Of a DNA stretch of 64,000 nt, positions 10,978 through 20,188 are shown piece by piece (positions within the stretch are counted from its first letter, which is position 1; every line of letters starts with the position of its first letter). The stretch is taken from contig CANQNX010000002.1 of NCBI GenBank assembly GCA_947625345.1, positions 12,459 to 76,458 of the forward strand. The letters run 5' to 3'. The notes below the pieces were generated by a model. That model was not told the DNA's origin. It saw only the letters and a program-made list of their open reading frames with translations, and did not search any database. The position numbers and the translations under genes were made by a program. The DNA comes from Candidatus Gastranaerophilales bacterium. Lineage in GTDB: Bacteria; Cyanobacteriota; Vampirovibrionia; Gastranaerophilales; Gastranaerophilaceae.

Positions 10978-11471
10978 AAGTTTACCTTATCAATTTCATT
11001 TATTGCATTTTCAATATAAAAATTATGTAATTCACGATTGTCTTTTAAATTGGATATAGCATTTTCTCTTGCTATTTCAACCGATTTTTCTGACAAAATG
11101 TTTATGAGCTTTGAATTGAATTTCTTTGTTTCCAAATCCAATAATCTTTTAGCATTATTTTCAATATCTTTCTTTTGTTCGATTATTTCTGATTTTATTT
11201 TTTCTGCCATATTTTGAACATTATGTTCTGCGCTTTTTTCAATTCTGTCTATCAAAGACGGAAGCTTCTCGATTTTTCCTTTTATTTTTTCCGATTCCAA
11301 ATTCGCTGAAGTCTTCTCATCAGTTGATGCATTAACATAATCTGTTATTTCATCTCTTATTTTCTCAATAACAGATTTAACATTTATTTTTACAACGAGA
11401 ACTATAATCAGTAATAATACGATTATAAAATTAACTGTATTTGATTTTATAAGAAAATTAATAAAGTCCAT
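10974..11471 (-). CDS. atpF: Fo ATP synthase subunit b
   Basis: A 165-aa protein with one N-terminal TM helix followed by a long charged helix. It sits between b' and delta, with 4-nt overlaps to its neighbours. Confidence 0.7.
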   Translation of the reverse strand: MDFINFLIKSNTVNFIIVLLLIIVLVVKINVKSVIEKIRDEITDYVNASTDEKTSANLESEKIKGKIEKLPSLIDRIEKSAEHNVQNMAEKIKSEIIEQKKDIENNAKRLLDLETKKFNSKLINILSEKSVEIARENAISNLKDNRELHNFYIENAINEIDKVNL

Positions 11472-11473
11472 TT

Positions 11474-11938
11474 TTATTTTTCATCTTTGTTTTCAAAATT
11501 ATCAATTGACTCTAAATTGACACCCGACCCTAAGATTTTATAAGATATCTCTTTTGCTATCTGAATAACATTATCCTTAAGAATATCTTTTGCACTCAAA
11601 GCGGAATTTCTCAAATCTTCTTTTTGTGCCGTAACATTTTCAAGCATTTCGGCTTTATACTCCGAAATTTCTTTTGAACGTTCTTCTTTTAAAGTCTTAG
11701 CCTGTTTAGAAATTTCATCTCTTGCAATATCTCTTGCCTTATATAGCTCACCTTCATAATATTGCTCATTTTTTTGCGTTTCATTTTTTATTATTTCCGC
11801 ATCCTTATAATTTTTTTCAACAAACATTTGTCTGTCTTTCATTATTTTTAAAACAGGTGCATAGAAAATTTTATTCATAATAAAAGCAAATATCACAAAA
11901 CTGATAACAGCTATTATAAAAGTAGCATCAAATTCCAT
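11474..11938 (-). CDS. atpF2: Fo ATP synthase subunit b' (second b-type stalk subunit)
   Basis: A 154-aa protein with an N-terminal TM helix (FIIAVISFVIFAFIMNKIFYAPVLKIMKDR) and then a charged coiled helix. It lies immediately after c and before b. Confidence 0.7.
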   Translation of the reverse strand: MEFDATFIIAVISFVIFAFIMNKIFYAPVLKIMKDRQMFVEKNYKDAEIIKNETQKNEQYYEGELYKARDIARDEISKQAKTLKEERSKEISEYKAEMLENVTAQKEDLRNSALSAKDILKDNVIQIAKEISYKILGSGVNLESIDNFENKDEK

Positions 11939-11947
11939 AATTTAAGC

Positions 11948-12190
11948 CTAAATTTTACCTATTAACATAAGTGCGACAACAAGAGCATATAAAGCACAAG
12001 CTTCAGCTAAAGCTGCGCCTAACAAGAAGAAACCTACTGCTTTACCTGCAGCTTCAGGTTGTCTTGCAACAGCATCCATTAAACCTTTCAAACCAATACC
12101 GATACCAAGACCTGCACCCGAGCCTGCAAGACCTATAGCAAGACCTGCACCTAACTGTGCCAAATCAGATATTGTTTTTACATCTTCCAT
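11948..12190 (-). CDS. atpE: Fo ATP synthase subunit c
   Basis: An 80-aa hairpin protein with a Gly-rich helix 1 (GLAGSGAGLGIGIG), the polar loop ARQPE, and the carboxylate in helix 2 (LAEACALYALVVA). Confidence 0.9.
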   Translation of the reverse strand: MEDVKTISDLAQLGAGLAIGLAGSGAGLGIGIGLKGLMDAVARQPEAAGKAVGFFLLGAALAEACALYALVVALMLIGKI

Positions 12191-12206
12191 TTTTATCTCC
12201 TTTCAA

Positions 12207-12881
12207 TTAATGTTCATTTGATACCGCCGAGGTTATATATGCAATTGTCAGCATCATAAATACAAATGCCTGTATAAATGCGACGAAAATTTCAAACAGC
12301 ATAACAGGCACGGGTGCCGCAAGAGCAAATAGTCCCAAAACAACGGAAACAAGTATTTCACCTGCTAAAATATTAGCAAAAAGACGAAGTGCAAGACTTA
12401 AAGGTCTTGTTATCATCTCTAAAATATCTACAAGTGTTGTTATTATACCCTCAATACCGAGTCCGTGATATATATATTTAAATCCTTTTTCTTTAAACCC
12501 GTAAAACAAGTAATATATTAAAACCATTACGGCAAGTGCAGCCGTTAAATTTATATCATTTGTAGGTGAAGCCAATTCTCCGTTTTTTAAATGTATCAAT
12601 CTTAAAGGTAATTGCCCCATTAAATTTGCAACAAGTATAAACAAAAATAAAGACGCAACTAAAGGAATATGTTTTTCACCGTCCTTAACTTCTTTCAAAT
12701 TATTTGTGAAAAATCTTATAACACTCTCTGATACAGCCTGCATTTTAGTAGGAATTATGCTTAAGTTTTTTGTGAGTATAAGAGAAATTATAATAAGAAC
12801 AATCATTGCGAACCACATTGTAATCAATGTATCCCAATGAACATGTAAACTACCTATATACCCTGACCAGTGTTCGCCCAT
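12207..12881 (-). CDS. atpB: Fo ATP synthase subunit a
   Basis: A 224-aa polytopic protein. The conserved Arg region is RPLSLALRLFANILAGE. It is the first gene of the operon. Confidence 0.9.
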   Translation of the reverse strand: MGEHWSGYIGSLHVHWDTLITMWFAMIVLIIISLILTKNLSIIPTKMQAVSESVIRFFTNNLKEVKDGEKHIPLVASLFLFILVANLMGQLPLRLIHLKNGELASPTNDINLTAALAVMVLIYYLFYGFKEKGFKYIYHGLGIEGIITTLVDILEMITRPLSLALRLFANILAGEILVSVVLGLFALAAPVPVMLFEIFVAFIQAFVFMMLTIAYITSAVSNEH

Positions 12882-12905
12882 ATGCTTTCCCTTAATGTTA
12901 ATTTA

Positions 12906-12934
12906 ATCTTACCACATAATTCTTAAAATTAGAA
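12906..12934 (-). promoter_or_regulatory. Candidate extended -10 promoter of the atp operon
   Basis: The minus strand reads TTCTAA-N17-TAAGAT with TGg immediately upstream of the -10 (TGTGGTAAGAT). It lies about 25 nt upstream of AAGGGAAAGC-ATG of atpB. Confidence 0.35.
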
Positions 12935-12970
12935 TGAATAATTATTTTTTTATTTTTTATAAAAAAGTAT

Positions 12971-12998
12971 TTGCAAAATAAAAAATATATGGTATAAT
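12971..12998 (+). promoter_or_regulatory. Near-consensus sigma70-type promoter for the hypothetical-hydE-uvrA transcription unit
   Basis: TTGCAA (12971-12976), a 16-nt spacer, and TATAAT (12993-12998) preceded by TGg (extended -10). It is divergent from the atp promoter region. Confidence 0.5.
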
Positions 12999-13043
12999 GA
13001 AGAGCCTTTGTAAAAAGTGTTAGTTTTGATGAAAGGGATGAAG

Positions 13044-13505
13044 ATGAGCGTACAACGCATTATTTTCGTACAAAAACCAAATACAATTAAATACAATCAA
13101 GCTAATATTAAAACACCTGAGGAAAAACAACCCATAGAAAAAGTTGTTAAAAATCAGATGAGGATGGCTCTATGCCTAAATTTATTAGGTGCAATAGGTG
13201 TTGCAACGGTTTTAATTAACGCCGGAAAACAAACAGGAGTTAATCCCGTAGAATCATTAAAAAAAGCAGGCGAAAATTTTACCGAAATAATTGGTAAATC
13301 TAAAGATCCGATTGCAAAAGCAATTAAAAATAAAAGAAATCATGAAGCTGTTGAAATATCTAAAAAAGTCATGGCTAAAGTTAAGTTAGAATCACTCCAA
13401 AAAAGGATTGCAGCTCATGAGTTTAATGACAAACCGACAAAAGCGCTTCACCAAATTCTCGATAATGTTGCAAAATTACAGAAAGTAGCACAAGTTGTCG
13501 CATAA
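13044..13505 (+). CDS. Hypothetical single-pass membrane protein
   Basis: The ORF overlaps the hydE start. A TM segment is present (MALCLNLLGAIGVATVLINAG). In-frame ATGs occur at 13029, 13038 and 13044; 13044 follows AAAGGG. No family was recognised. Confidence 0.45.
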   Translation: MSVQRIIFVQKPNTIKYNQANIKTPEEKQPIEKVVKNQMRMALCLNLLGAIGVATVLINAGKQTGVNPVESLKKAGENFTEIIGKSKDPIAKAIKNKRNHEAVEISKKVMAKVKLESLQKRIAAHEFNDKPTKALHQILDNVAKLQKVAQVVA

Positions 13506-14490
13506 TTTCTCGAAAGATGATTTAGTCGAAATATTAAAAAGTTCATCAACAAAACTGTTTGAAAGTGCGGATAGAATAAGAAAAGAATATAAAGGTGATT
13601 TTGTTCACCTTAGAGGTCTTATTGAGTTTACTAACATTTGTAAATGCAATTGTTTGTACTGTGGTTTAAGAAAGGATAATAAAAACGTTCAAAGGTACAG
13701 ACTATCAGAAAAACAAATACTCGACTGTGTCAAAAATGCAGTAAAGAACAAAATAAATACAGTAGTTCTGCAAGGCGGAGAAGATGAATTCTTCACCTCT
13801 GATAAAATCGCCTCCTTGATAAAGAAAATAAAAAAGTACGATATAGCCGTTACTTTGAGTATAGGGGAGAGAAGTTTTGAAGAATTTAAAGCTTTTAAAA
13901 AGGCAGGGGCTGACAGATACTTATTGAGAATTGAAACAACCGATAAAGAATTGTATAAAAGTTTACATCCTAAAGCAAGTTATGAAAACAGGGTAAATTG
14001 TCTTTATAATTTAAAATCATTGGGCTTTGAAGTTGGAACAGGTTGTATTGTAGGGCTTCCGAATCAAAGTATTGAATCTTTAGCGGAGGATATTATATTT
14101 TTTAAAGAAATTGATGCGGATATGGTAGGTATTGGACCCTTTATTTCGCATCCCGACACCCCGTTAAAAGATTATACAAAAAATAATTTTGACCTGTCTT
14201 TGAGAGTCATGGCACTCATCAGACTTTTAATGCCGGACATTAATATTCCTGCAACGTCAGCTATGGAGTCTGTTCAGCCAAACGGGAGAATAATAGCTCT
14301 TAAATCCGGAGCAAATGTCATTATGCCAAACATGACAGATGTAAATTACAGGAAAAATTATGAAATTTATCCGGGGAAAATATGTATTAATGATTCCGCC
14401 GAGAAATGTGCTCTTTGCATTAAATCGAAAATAGAAAGTATAGGAAGAAAAATTTCCGAAACTAAAGGGTTCAGAACCGATAATACATAA
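13495..14490 (+). CDS. hydE: [FeFe]-hydrogenase maturase HydE (radical SAM)
   Basis: The Cx3Cx2C motif lies in FTNICKCNCLYCGLRKDNKN. A long colinear resemblance to HydE follows: VVLQGGED, AVTLSIGE, AGADRYLLRIET, ENRVNCLYNLKSLGFEVGTGCIVGLP, DMVGIGPFISHPDTPL, NIPATSAM, GANVIMPN, YEIYPGK. The start codon is TTG. Confidence 0.85.
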   Translation: MSHNFSKDDLVEILKSSSTKLFESADRIRKEYKGDFVHLRGLIEFTNICKCNCLYCGLRKDNKNVQRYRLSEKQILDCVKNAVKNKINTVVLQGGEDEFFTSDKIASLIKKIKKYDIAVTLSIGERSFEEFKAFKKAGADRYLLRIETTDKELYKSLHPKASYENRVNCLYNLKSLGFEVGTGCIVGLPNQSIESLAEDIIFFKEIDADMVGIGPFISHPDTPLKDYTKNNFDLSLRVMALIRLLMPDINIPATSAMESVQPNGRIIALKSGANVIMPNMTDVNYRKNYEIYPGKICINDSAEKCALCIKSKIESIGRKISETKGFRTDNT

Positions 14491-14519
14491 GTAAAATTTT
14501 GTGGCATAATGTTATTGTT

Positions 14520-17348
14520 ATGAATGACAAAATAGTTATAAGAAAAGCAAATCAACATAATTTAAAAAATGTAAGTCTTGAATTACCGAAAAATGAGTTA
14601 ATTGTTTTTACGGGGATATCAGGGTCTGGCAAAAGTTCCTTAGCTTTCGATACAATATTTGCCGAAGGTCAAAGAAGATATGTGGAAAGCCTTTCTAACT
14701 ATGCAAGACAATTTTTGGGACAGTTAGATAAACCTGATGTCGAAAGTATAGAAGGATTATCACCGGCTATTTCCATAGACCAAAAATCAACCAGCAATAA
14801 CCCTCGTTCAACAGTAGGAACTGTTACGGAAATTTATGATTATTTAAGACTTTTATTTGCGAGAATAGGCATACCGCATTGTCCCGAGTGCGGATGCGAA
14901 ATTGCACCCCAATCCATAGATGAAATTGTGGATAAAATATACACTTTACCTGAGGGTACAAAAATTCAGCTTTTAGCGCCTGTTGTAAGAGGGAAAAAAG
15001 GTGAATTTGTTAATCTTTTTGAAGAATTAAAGCAAGAAGGATTTGTAAGAGTCAGAGTTGACGGCAAAATATACAATATTGACGAAGAAGAAATCGAGTT
15101 AAATAAAACTCAAAAACATACAATTGAGGTAGTAGTTGACAGGCTAATTATTAAAGAAAGTGCAAAGTCAAGATTAACGGACAGTGCACAAATAGCACTG
15201 CAAAAATCAGACGGATTATTATTAGTGGATGTAGTAGGCGGAAAAGAAATGATATTTTCCGAAAAATTAGCTTGTCCAAATTGTAATTTAAGTTTTGAAG
15301 AATTAGCACCAAGAATATTCAGTTTTAATAACCCATACGGTGCTTGTCCATCTTGTTCAGGCTTAGGTGCTCATTACGTTCCCGACCCTGATTTATTAAT
15401 TCCCGACAAAACAAAATCACTGTCTCAAGGCGCAATTTATCCGTGGGCAAAAACAGGGAACCCTTATTATCAAGACATCTTACAATCAGTTGCCAATCAT
15501 TTCGGTATTGATATGAATACCCCATTTGAAAATTTAAGTGAAAAACACAAAGAAATAATTTTATACGGAAGCGGTAATGAGAGTGTAAAATTAAGATTCA
15601 AAGAATTCGGCGGAACAAGATATGTTACACAATTCAGACCATATAAAGGTGTTATTCCTTATTTTATGGCAAAATATACAGATTCTAATTCCGAAGAAGT
15701 CAGAGAATACATACAGGAATATATGTCGCAAATACCCTGCAAAGACTGTAAAGGAGCGAGATTAAAACCGTTTTCGTTAGCAGTTACAGTTGGCGGTAAA
15801 AACATATATGAAGTTTGCCTTTTATCAATAAAAGAAGCATATAAATTCTTTTCAAATCTTGACCTTGAATTGGATGACTACAAATTAACCATAGCAAAAC
15901 AAATTTTGGAAGAAATCAGAGCAAGACTAAAATTTATGTTAGATGTCGGTTTAAGTTATTTAAATCTTGCAAGGATGTCAGCAACACTATCAGGCGGCGA
16001 GGCTCAAAGAATAAGACTTGCAACACAAATCGGCAGCGGATTATCAGGAGTTTTATACGTTCTTGATGAACCCTCCATAGGGCTTCATCAATATAATAAT
16101 GATATGTTAATAAAAACTCTTTTAAGATTAAGGAATTTAGGAAATACTCTTATAGTTGTTGAACACGACGAAGATACAATAAGAAGCGCAGACCATATTG
16201 TTGACATAGGATTATATGCCGGCATAAACGGGGGAAAAATTATAGCTCAGGGAAGTCTTGAAGATATAATGAACTGTAAAAAATCTCTGACCGGACAATA
16301 TTTAAGCGGTGCAAAAACAATACCTGTCCCTAAAAAAAGAAGAGAAGGAAACGGTAAATATCTTTTCGTTAAGAATGCGCATAAAAACAATTTAAAAAAT
16401 ATAGATGTAAAGATTCCCTTAGGTAAAGTTGTTGTTTTAACGGGTGTATCGGGAAGCGGTAAATCAACATTAATGAATGATATTATTTATGCTTATTCCA
16501 TACACAAGCTTCATAAAAACAAACCGAAACCTCAAGGTGTGGATACTATTGAAGGATTTGAAAATATCGACAAGGTTATTAATATTGACCAATCTCCTAT
16601 AGGCAGAACACCAAGGTCTAATCCTGCAACATATACGGATGTATTTACATACATAAGAGAGTTATATGCTAAAACACCCGAAGCGAAAATGAGAGGATAC
16701 ACTCAAGGAAGATTCAGTTTTAACGTTAAAGGCGGAAGATGTGAAGCTTGTAAAGGCGACGGCCTTACTAAAATTGAAATGAATTTCTTATCGGACGTAT
16801 ACATAAAATGTAATGTCTGCAAAGGTCAAAGATATAACAGAGAAACTCTTGAAGTAAAATATAAAGGTAAAAATATCTCTGAAGTCCTTGATATGAGTAT
16901 ATCTGAAGCTCTTGAATTCTTTGACGGAATCCCGAAAATAAAAACAAGGCTTCAAACGTTAAATGACGTAGGGTTAGGATATATGAAATTAGGTCAAAGT
17001 GCAACAACACTCTCCGGAGGTGAAGCTCAAAGAATTAAATTGGCAAGTGAATTAAATAAAAGAGCGACGGGGAAAACGTTATATCTTTTAGATGAACCGA
17101 CGGTAGGACTTCACTGGTATGACTTAGACAAGCTCATAAAAATAATAAATAAACTCGCTGATTCAGGAAATACAATACTGATTATTGAACACAATTTAGA
17201 TTTAATAAAAACAGCAGATTATATAATAGATTTAGGGCCGCAAGGCGGAGATGAAGGCGGCACTATTGTGACGGAAGGCACACCGGAGATAGTCAGCAAA
17301 GTTAAAAATTCATTTACGGGACAATATTTAAAAAAATTGCTTAAATAA
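14520..17348 (+). CDS. uvrA: Excinuclease ABC subunit A
   Basis: Two ABC ATPase modules (GISGSGKSSLAFDT; GVSGSGKSTLMND; LSGGEAQRI twice) and zinc-finger Cys pairs. The ATG at 14520 (MNDKIVIRKANQHNLKN) is preferred over the listed GTG at 14499. Confidence 0.95.
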   Translation: MNDKIVIRKANQHNLKNVSLELPKNELIVFTGISGSGKSSLAFDTIFAEGQRRYVESLSNYARQFLGQLDKPDVESIEGLSPAISIDQKSTSNNPRSTVGTVTEIYDYLRLLFARIGIPHCPECGCEIAPQSIDEIVDKIYTLPEGTKIQLLAPVVRGKKGEFVNLFEELKQEGFVRVRVDGKIYNIDEEEIELNKTQKHTIEVVVDRLIIKESAKSRLTDSAQIALQKSDGLLLVDVVGGKEMIFSEKLACPNCNLSFEELAPRIFSFNNPYGACPSCSGLGAHYVPDPDLLIPDKTKSLSQGAIYPWAKTGNPYYQDILQSVANHFGIDMNTPFENLSEKHKEIILYGSGNESVKLRFKEFGGTRYVTQFRPYKGVIPYFMAKYTDSNSEEVREYIQEYMSQIPCKDCKGARLKPFSLAVTVGGKNIYEVCLLSIKEAYKFFSNLDLELDDYKLTIAKQILEEIRARLKFMLDVGLSYLNLARMSATLSGGEAQRIRLATQIGSGLSGVLYVLDEPSIGLHQYNNDMLIKTLLRLRNLGNTLIVVEHDEDTIRSADHIVDIGLYAGINGGKIIAQGSLEDIMNCKKSLTGQYLSGAKTIPVPKKRREGNGKYLFVKNAHKNNLKNIDVKIPLGKVVVLTGVSGSGKSTLMNDIIYAYSIHKLHKNKPKPQGVDTIEGFENIDKVINIDQSPIGRTPRSNPATYTDVFTYIRELYAKTPEAKMRGYTQGRFSFNVKGGRCEACKGDGLTKIEMNFLSDVYIKCNVCKGQRYNRETLEVKYKGKNISEVLDMSISEALEFFDGIPKIKTRLQTLNDVGLGYMKLGQSATTLSGGEAQRIKLASELNKRATGKTLYLLDEPTVGLHWYDLDKLIKIINKLADSGNTILIIEHNLDLIKTADYIIDLGPQGGDEGGTIVTEGTPEIVSKVKNSFTGQYLKKLLK

Positions 17349-17365
17349 TATATAAAAACACAAAA

Positions 17366-17400
17366 AAGAAAATCCCTAAATAAAAGGGATTTTCTTTTTT
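17366..17400. terminator. Bidirectional rho-independent terminator
   Basis: AAAAAAGAAAATCCCT-AAATAAA-AGGGATTTTCTTTTTT: a 10-bp stem flanked by an A-run and a T-run, between the convergent uvrA and the 17414..17956 gene. Confidence 0.65.
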
Positions 17401-17413
17401 TATATTATATTTT

Positions 17414-17956
17414 TTATGAATTTACTTCAGCATTTTTATTATTATGTTTTTCAAAAAGATTTCCGACAAGTCCGCCTATTAATTTTCCGGTTATGGTACC
17501 AAGTCCAATAACGCCTGCAGCAACGGTCGAACCGATTACTATACCTTTTACATTTGCATTCTTCACTGTTTTTGCAAAATTTTCCGGAACTTTTTTCATC
17601 AAGTTGATATATGCATCTTTCTTTTCGCCTAAAGCTTCAGCAGTTGCCTCCGTTACTTTATGGAATCCTTCTTTATCACCTTTAACAAGGTTTTTAAATG
17701 CATCACTCATTTTATTTATAAACATTGTTTGACCGGCTTGCTCTTTTATATTTGCTTTTGCTGTTTCGGATACCCCTTTAAAAAATGAATCTTTAAGGTT
17801 CTGTTGAGCTGCGCTGACACATTGAGCACCACGATCTAAAATAATATCTTTTCTGTTCTTTACGACATAAGCACCTGCTGCACCTAACCCTGCTGCAGCA
17901 CCTATCATTTTACCTTTTTTAACCGGTGTATATTGCTTTGTAGATTCAACTTGCAT
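17414..17956 (-). CDS. Hypothetical protein with Gly-zipper hydrophobic segments at both ends
   Basis: A 180-aa ORF. The N-terminal IGAAAGLGAAGAYVV and C-terminal GIVIGSTVAAGVIGLGTITGKLIGGLVG segments flank a Lys/Ala-rich helical middle. No family was recognised. Confidence 0.5.
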   Translation of the reverse strand: MQVESTKQYTPVKKGKMIGAAAGLGAAGAYVVKNRKDIILDRGAQCVSAAQQNLKDSFFKGVSETAKANIKEQAGQTMFINKMSDAFKNLVKGDKEGFHKVTEATAEALGEKKDAYINLMKKVPENFAKTVKNANVKGIVIGSTVAAGVIGLGTITGKLIGGLVGNLFEKHNNKNAEVNS

Positions 17957-18051
17957 ACTATCTTCCTTATTACTGCTTACTTTCGTTTTAATTAAAACAT
18001 ATAAAGAATAAAAATTGACATACTTTATTTATATATTAAGAAAATTTAACA

Positions 18052-18085
18052 AAAAAAGAGAGGGGTTAACCTCTCTCTTTTTTGC
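18052..18085. terminator. Bidirectional hairpin terminator downstream of rpsA
   Basis: AAAAAAAGAGAGG-GGTTAA-CCTCTCTCTTTTTT: a 7-bp GC-containing stem with flanking A and T runs, 14 nt after the rpsA stop. Confidence 0.6.
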
Positions 18086-18098
18086 AGTTTAGCGATAA

Positions 18099-19178
18099 TT
18101 ATTTTTCTATATCTTTAACGCTTAATGCAATTCTGTGTTCTTGAGGTGTGAATTTTTTGATTAATACTTCAATTTCATCACCTACATTATATATATTAAA
18201 CGGATTAGCATTAGCCGGTTCCATTTCTGATGAAGGAAGCAAAGCTTCAACCCCGGGGAATATGTTAATAAATGCACCGAAAGATGTTACTTTATTTACC
18301 GTTCCTTTTATAATCTGACCTTCTTTAAATTCATTTTCGATTGATTCCCAAGGATTTTCACCCATTCTCTTTAAGCTTAAGCTTATACGTTTCATATCCG
18401 TATCTATTTTAAGAATTTTTACTTCTAATTCTTGACCCAATGAAATTACATCAGAAGGATGTTTAATTCTTTGCCAAGAAATTTCAGATATTGGGAGTAA
18501 GCCGTCAACGCCGTTAATGTCGATAAATCCGCCGAAATCCGCAATTCTTACTACTTTTCCCTTAACAACAGAGCCAACTTCAAGTTGAGATATAATTTCA
18601 TCAACGACTTGTTCTCTTTGTTCGGCAACTGCTTGTCTTTGAGATAAAATTAATTTATTTCTTTTAGCATCAGCTTCTAAGACTTTAACTTCTATATCTT
18701 GGCCGATTAATCCGTCAAAAGGAGCACCTGTTCTTAATTGGCTTGCGGGAACAAAACCTCTCAAGTCGGAAATTTCAACAATAACACCGCCTCTTACAAT
18801 CATAACAACTTTGGCATTTATTGTTTCATTGTTATATTTTGCGTTTTGAAGTTCTTGCCAAGCTTTAGCACAAGATAATTTTTTCAACGATAACATTATT
18901 CTGCCGTTTTCATCATCAGATTCATCTTTTAAAATATAGAATTCTTTTACGTCATTGATTGCTAAATAATCTGAGAAATCTCTGTCTTCAACAGGATTGT
19001 TTGTTATTTCCCTGTTTGAAAGAAAAGCTTCTGTTTTTGCGCCGATATCAACCAAAAAACCATCATTTTCTTGTTTAATTACAATTCCTTTTACAACATC
19101 AGCCACTGAGAATTTGTAATTATAGCTTTCTTCCAATAATCTGACGAATTCGTCCTGTTCATTCATTGTTTTTGTCAT
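18099..19178 (-). CDS. rpsA: 30S ribosomal protein S1 (four S1 domains)
   Basis: Four repeated S1/OB motifs: G..V.G.V, GFLVDIG, GVIVEISDLRGFVPASQL, GGFIDINGVDGLLPISEIS, FGAFINIFPGVEALLPSSEM. It is adjacent to ispH, as in many genomes. Confidence 0.9.
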   Translation of the reverse strand: MTKTMNEQDEFVRLLEESYNYKFSVADVVKGIVIKQENDGFLVDIGAKTEAFLSNREITNNPVEDRDFSDYLAINDVKEFYILKDESDDENGRIMLSLKKLSCAKAWQELQNAKYNNETINAKVVMIVRGGVIVEISDLRGFVPASQLRTGAPFDGLIGQDIEVKVLEADAKRNKLILSQRQAVAEQREQVVDEIISQLEVGSVVKGKVVRIADFGGFIDINGVDGLLPISEISWQRIKHPSDVISLGQELEVKILKIDTDMKRISLSLKRMGENPWESIENEFKEGQIIKGTVNKVTSFGAFINIFPGVEALLPSSEMEPANANPFNIYNVGDEIEVLIKKFTPQEHRIALSVKDIEK

Positions 19179-19194
19179 TTTTATTTATCCTTTC

Positions 19195-20049
19195 TTAAAA
19201 TTTTTTCAGTTCATTTATAACATCATTTATAATATTATCGGGAGTGGAGGCACCTGCCGCAACTCCTATATTATTTGCATTTTTTATTATTTCTTTATAG
19301 TTATATAAATCTTCTTTAGTTTCTATATGTATTGTTTTTGTAATTGAAGAAAGAATTTCAGCCAAATGAGTAGTATTTGCACTTTTTCTGCTGCCGGCAA
19401 CAACCATTAAATCTGATTCTTCCGCAAGCTTTTTTGCCTCAGACTGTCTCATAGCCGTTGATTTACATATAGTATTATATATTTTTACTTCTAAAATATT
19501 TTGAACAAGAATATCACATACATCTTTTAAAAATTCTATTTTTTGCGTTGTTTGAATTACAACTCCGATTTTTTTATTTGTTTTAATTGAATCAATATTT
19601 TTCTTTAAATATTCAATATCCGGAATAACTTGTACTTTATCCGAATACATTTTTGCATTAGCCTCGATTGCTATAACTTCCGGATGTTCAGGCTTACCCA
19701 AAATAAGTACATAATAACCGTATTTTGCAAGTTCAACTGCCTTTTGCTGGACTTTTTTCACGTCAAGACAGGTTAAATCAACTACTTCATAACCCTTATC
19801 CTGCATTTCTTTTATTTTTAAAGGCGGCATTCCGTGACTTCTAACGATACAAATACCTTTTTCATCCTCAGGTATATTATCAACTGTTTTTATACCTGCA
19901 TTTTCAAGCTCGCTAATAACTTGTGAGTTATGAATTAACTCACCTAAAACATAAACATTTTTATCAGGATTATCAATTTTAACCTGTTTAGTTGTTTCGA
20001 CCGCCCTTTTGACTCCGTAACAGAATCCTGCACCTTTAGCTAATTTTAT
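19195..20049 (-). CDS. ispH: 4-hydroxy-3-methylbut-2-enyl diphosphate reductase
   Basis: The listed ORF (19195..19830) is only the C-terminal two thirds. The same frame continues upstream as (L)NKNIKLAKGAGFCYGVKRAVETTKQ...VLGELIHNSQV...IVRSHGMPP, the conserved IspH N-terminus including the first Cys ligand. There is no in-frame ATG, GTG or TTG, so the start is taken provisionally at ATA 20049 (alternative CTG 20061). Confidence 0.8.
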   Translation of the reverse strand: MKLAKGAGFCYGVKRAVETTKQVKIDNPDKNVYVLGELIHNSQVISELENAGIKTVDNIPEDEKGICIVRSHGMPPLKIKEMQDKGYEVVDLTCLDVKKVQQKAVELAKYGYYVLILGKPEHPEVIAIEANAKMYSDKVQVIPDIEYLKKNIDSIKTNKKIGVVIQTTQKIEFLKDVCDILVQNILEVKIYNTICKSTAMRQSEAKKLAEESDLMVVAGSRKSANTTHLAEILSSITKTIHIETKEDLYNYKEIIKNANNIGVAAGASTPDNIINDVINELKKF

Positions 20050-20117
20050 ATTTTTATTCAGTTTTCTTGACTTCCGTTCGTTGAACTAGCAAAAAGTTTC
20101 CTTTTCACAGTAATATT

Positions 20118-20146
20118 TTTATAGCATGAACATTTTTTTCAATCAA
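20118..20146 (-). promoter_or_regulatory. Candidate promoter for ispH-rpsA
   Basis: The minus strand reads TTGATT-N17-TATAAA, about 60-70 nt upstream of the conserved IspH N-terminus. Confidence 0.35.
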
Positions 20147-20188
20147 GATTTAACTAAAACAACTCTGTCAAGCTGACTATACAAAGCG

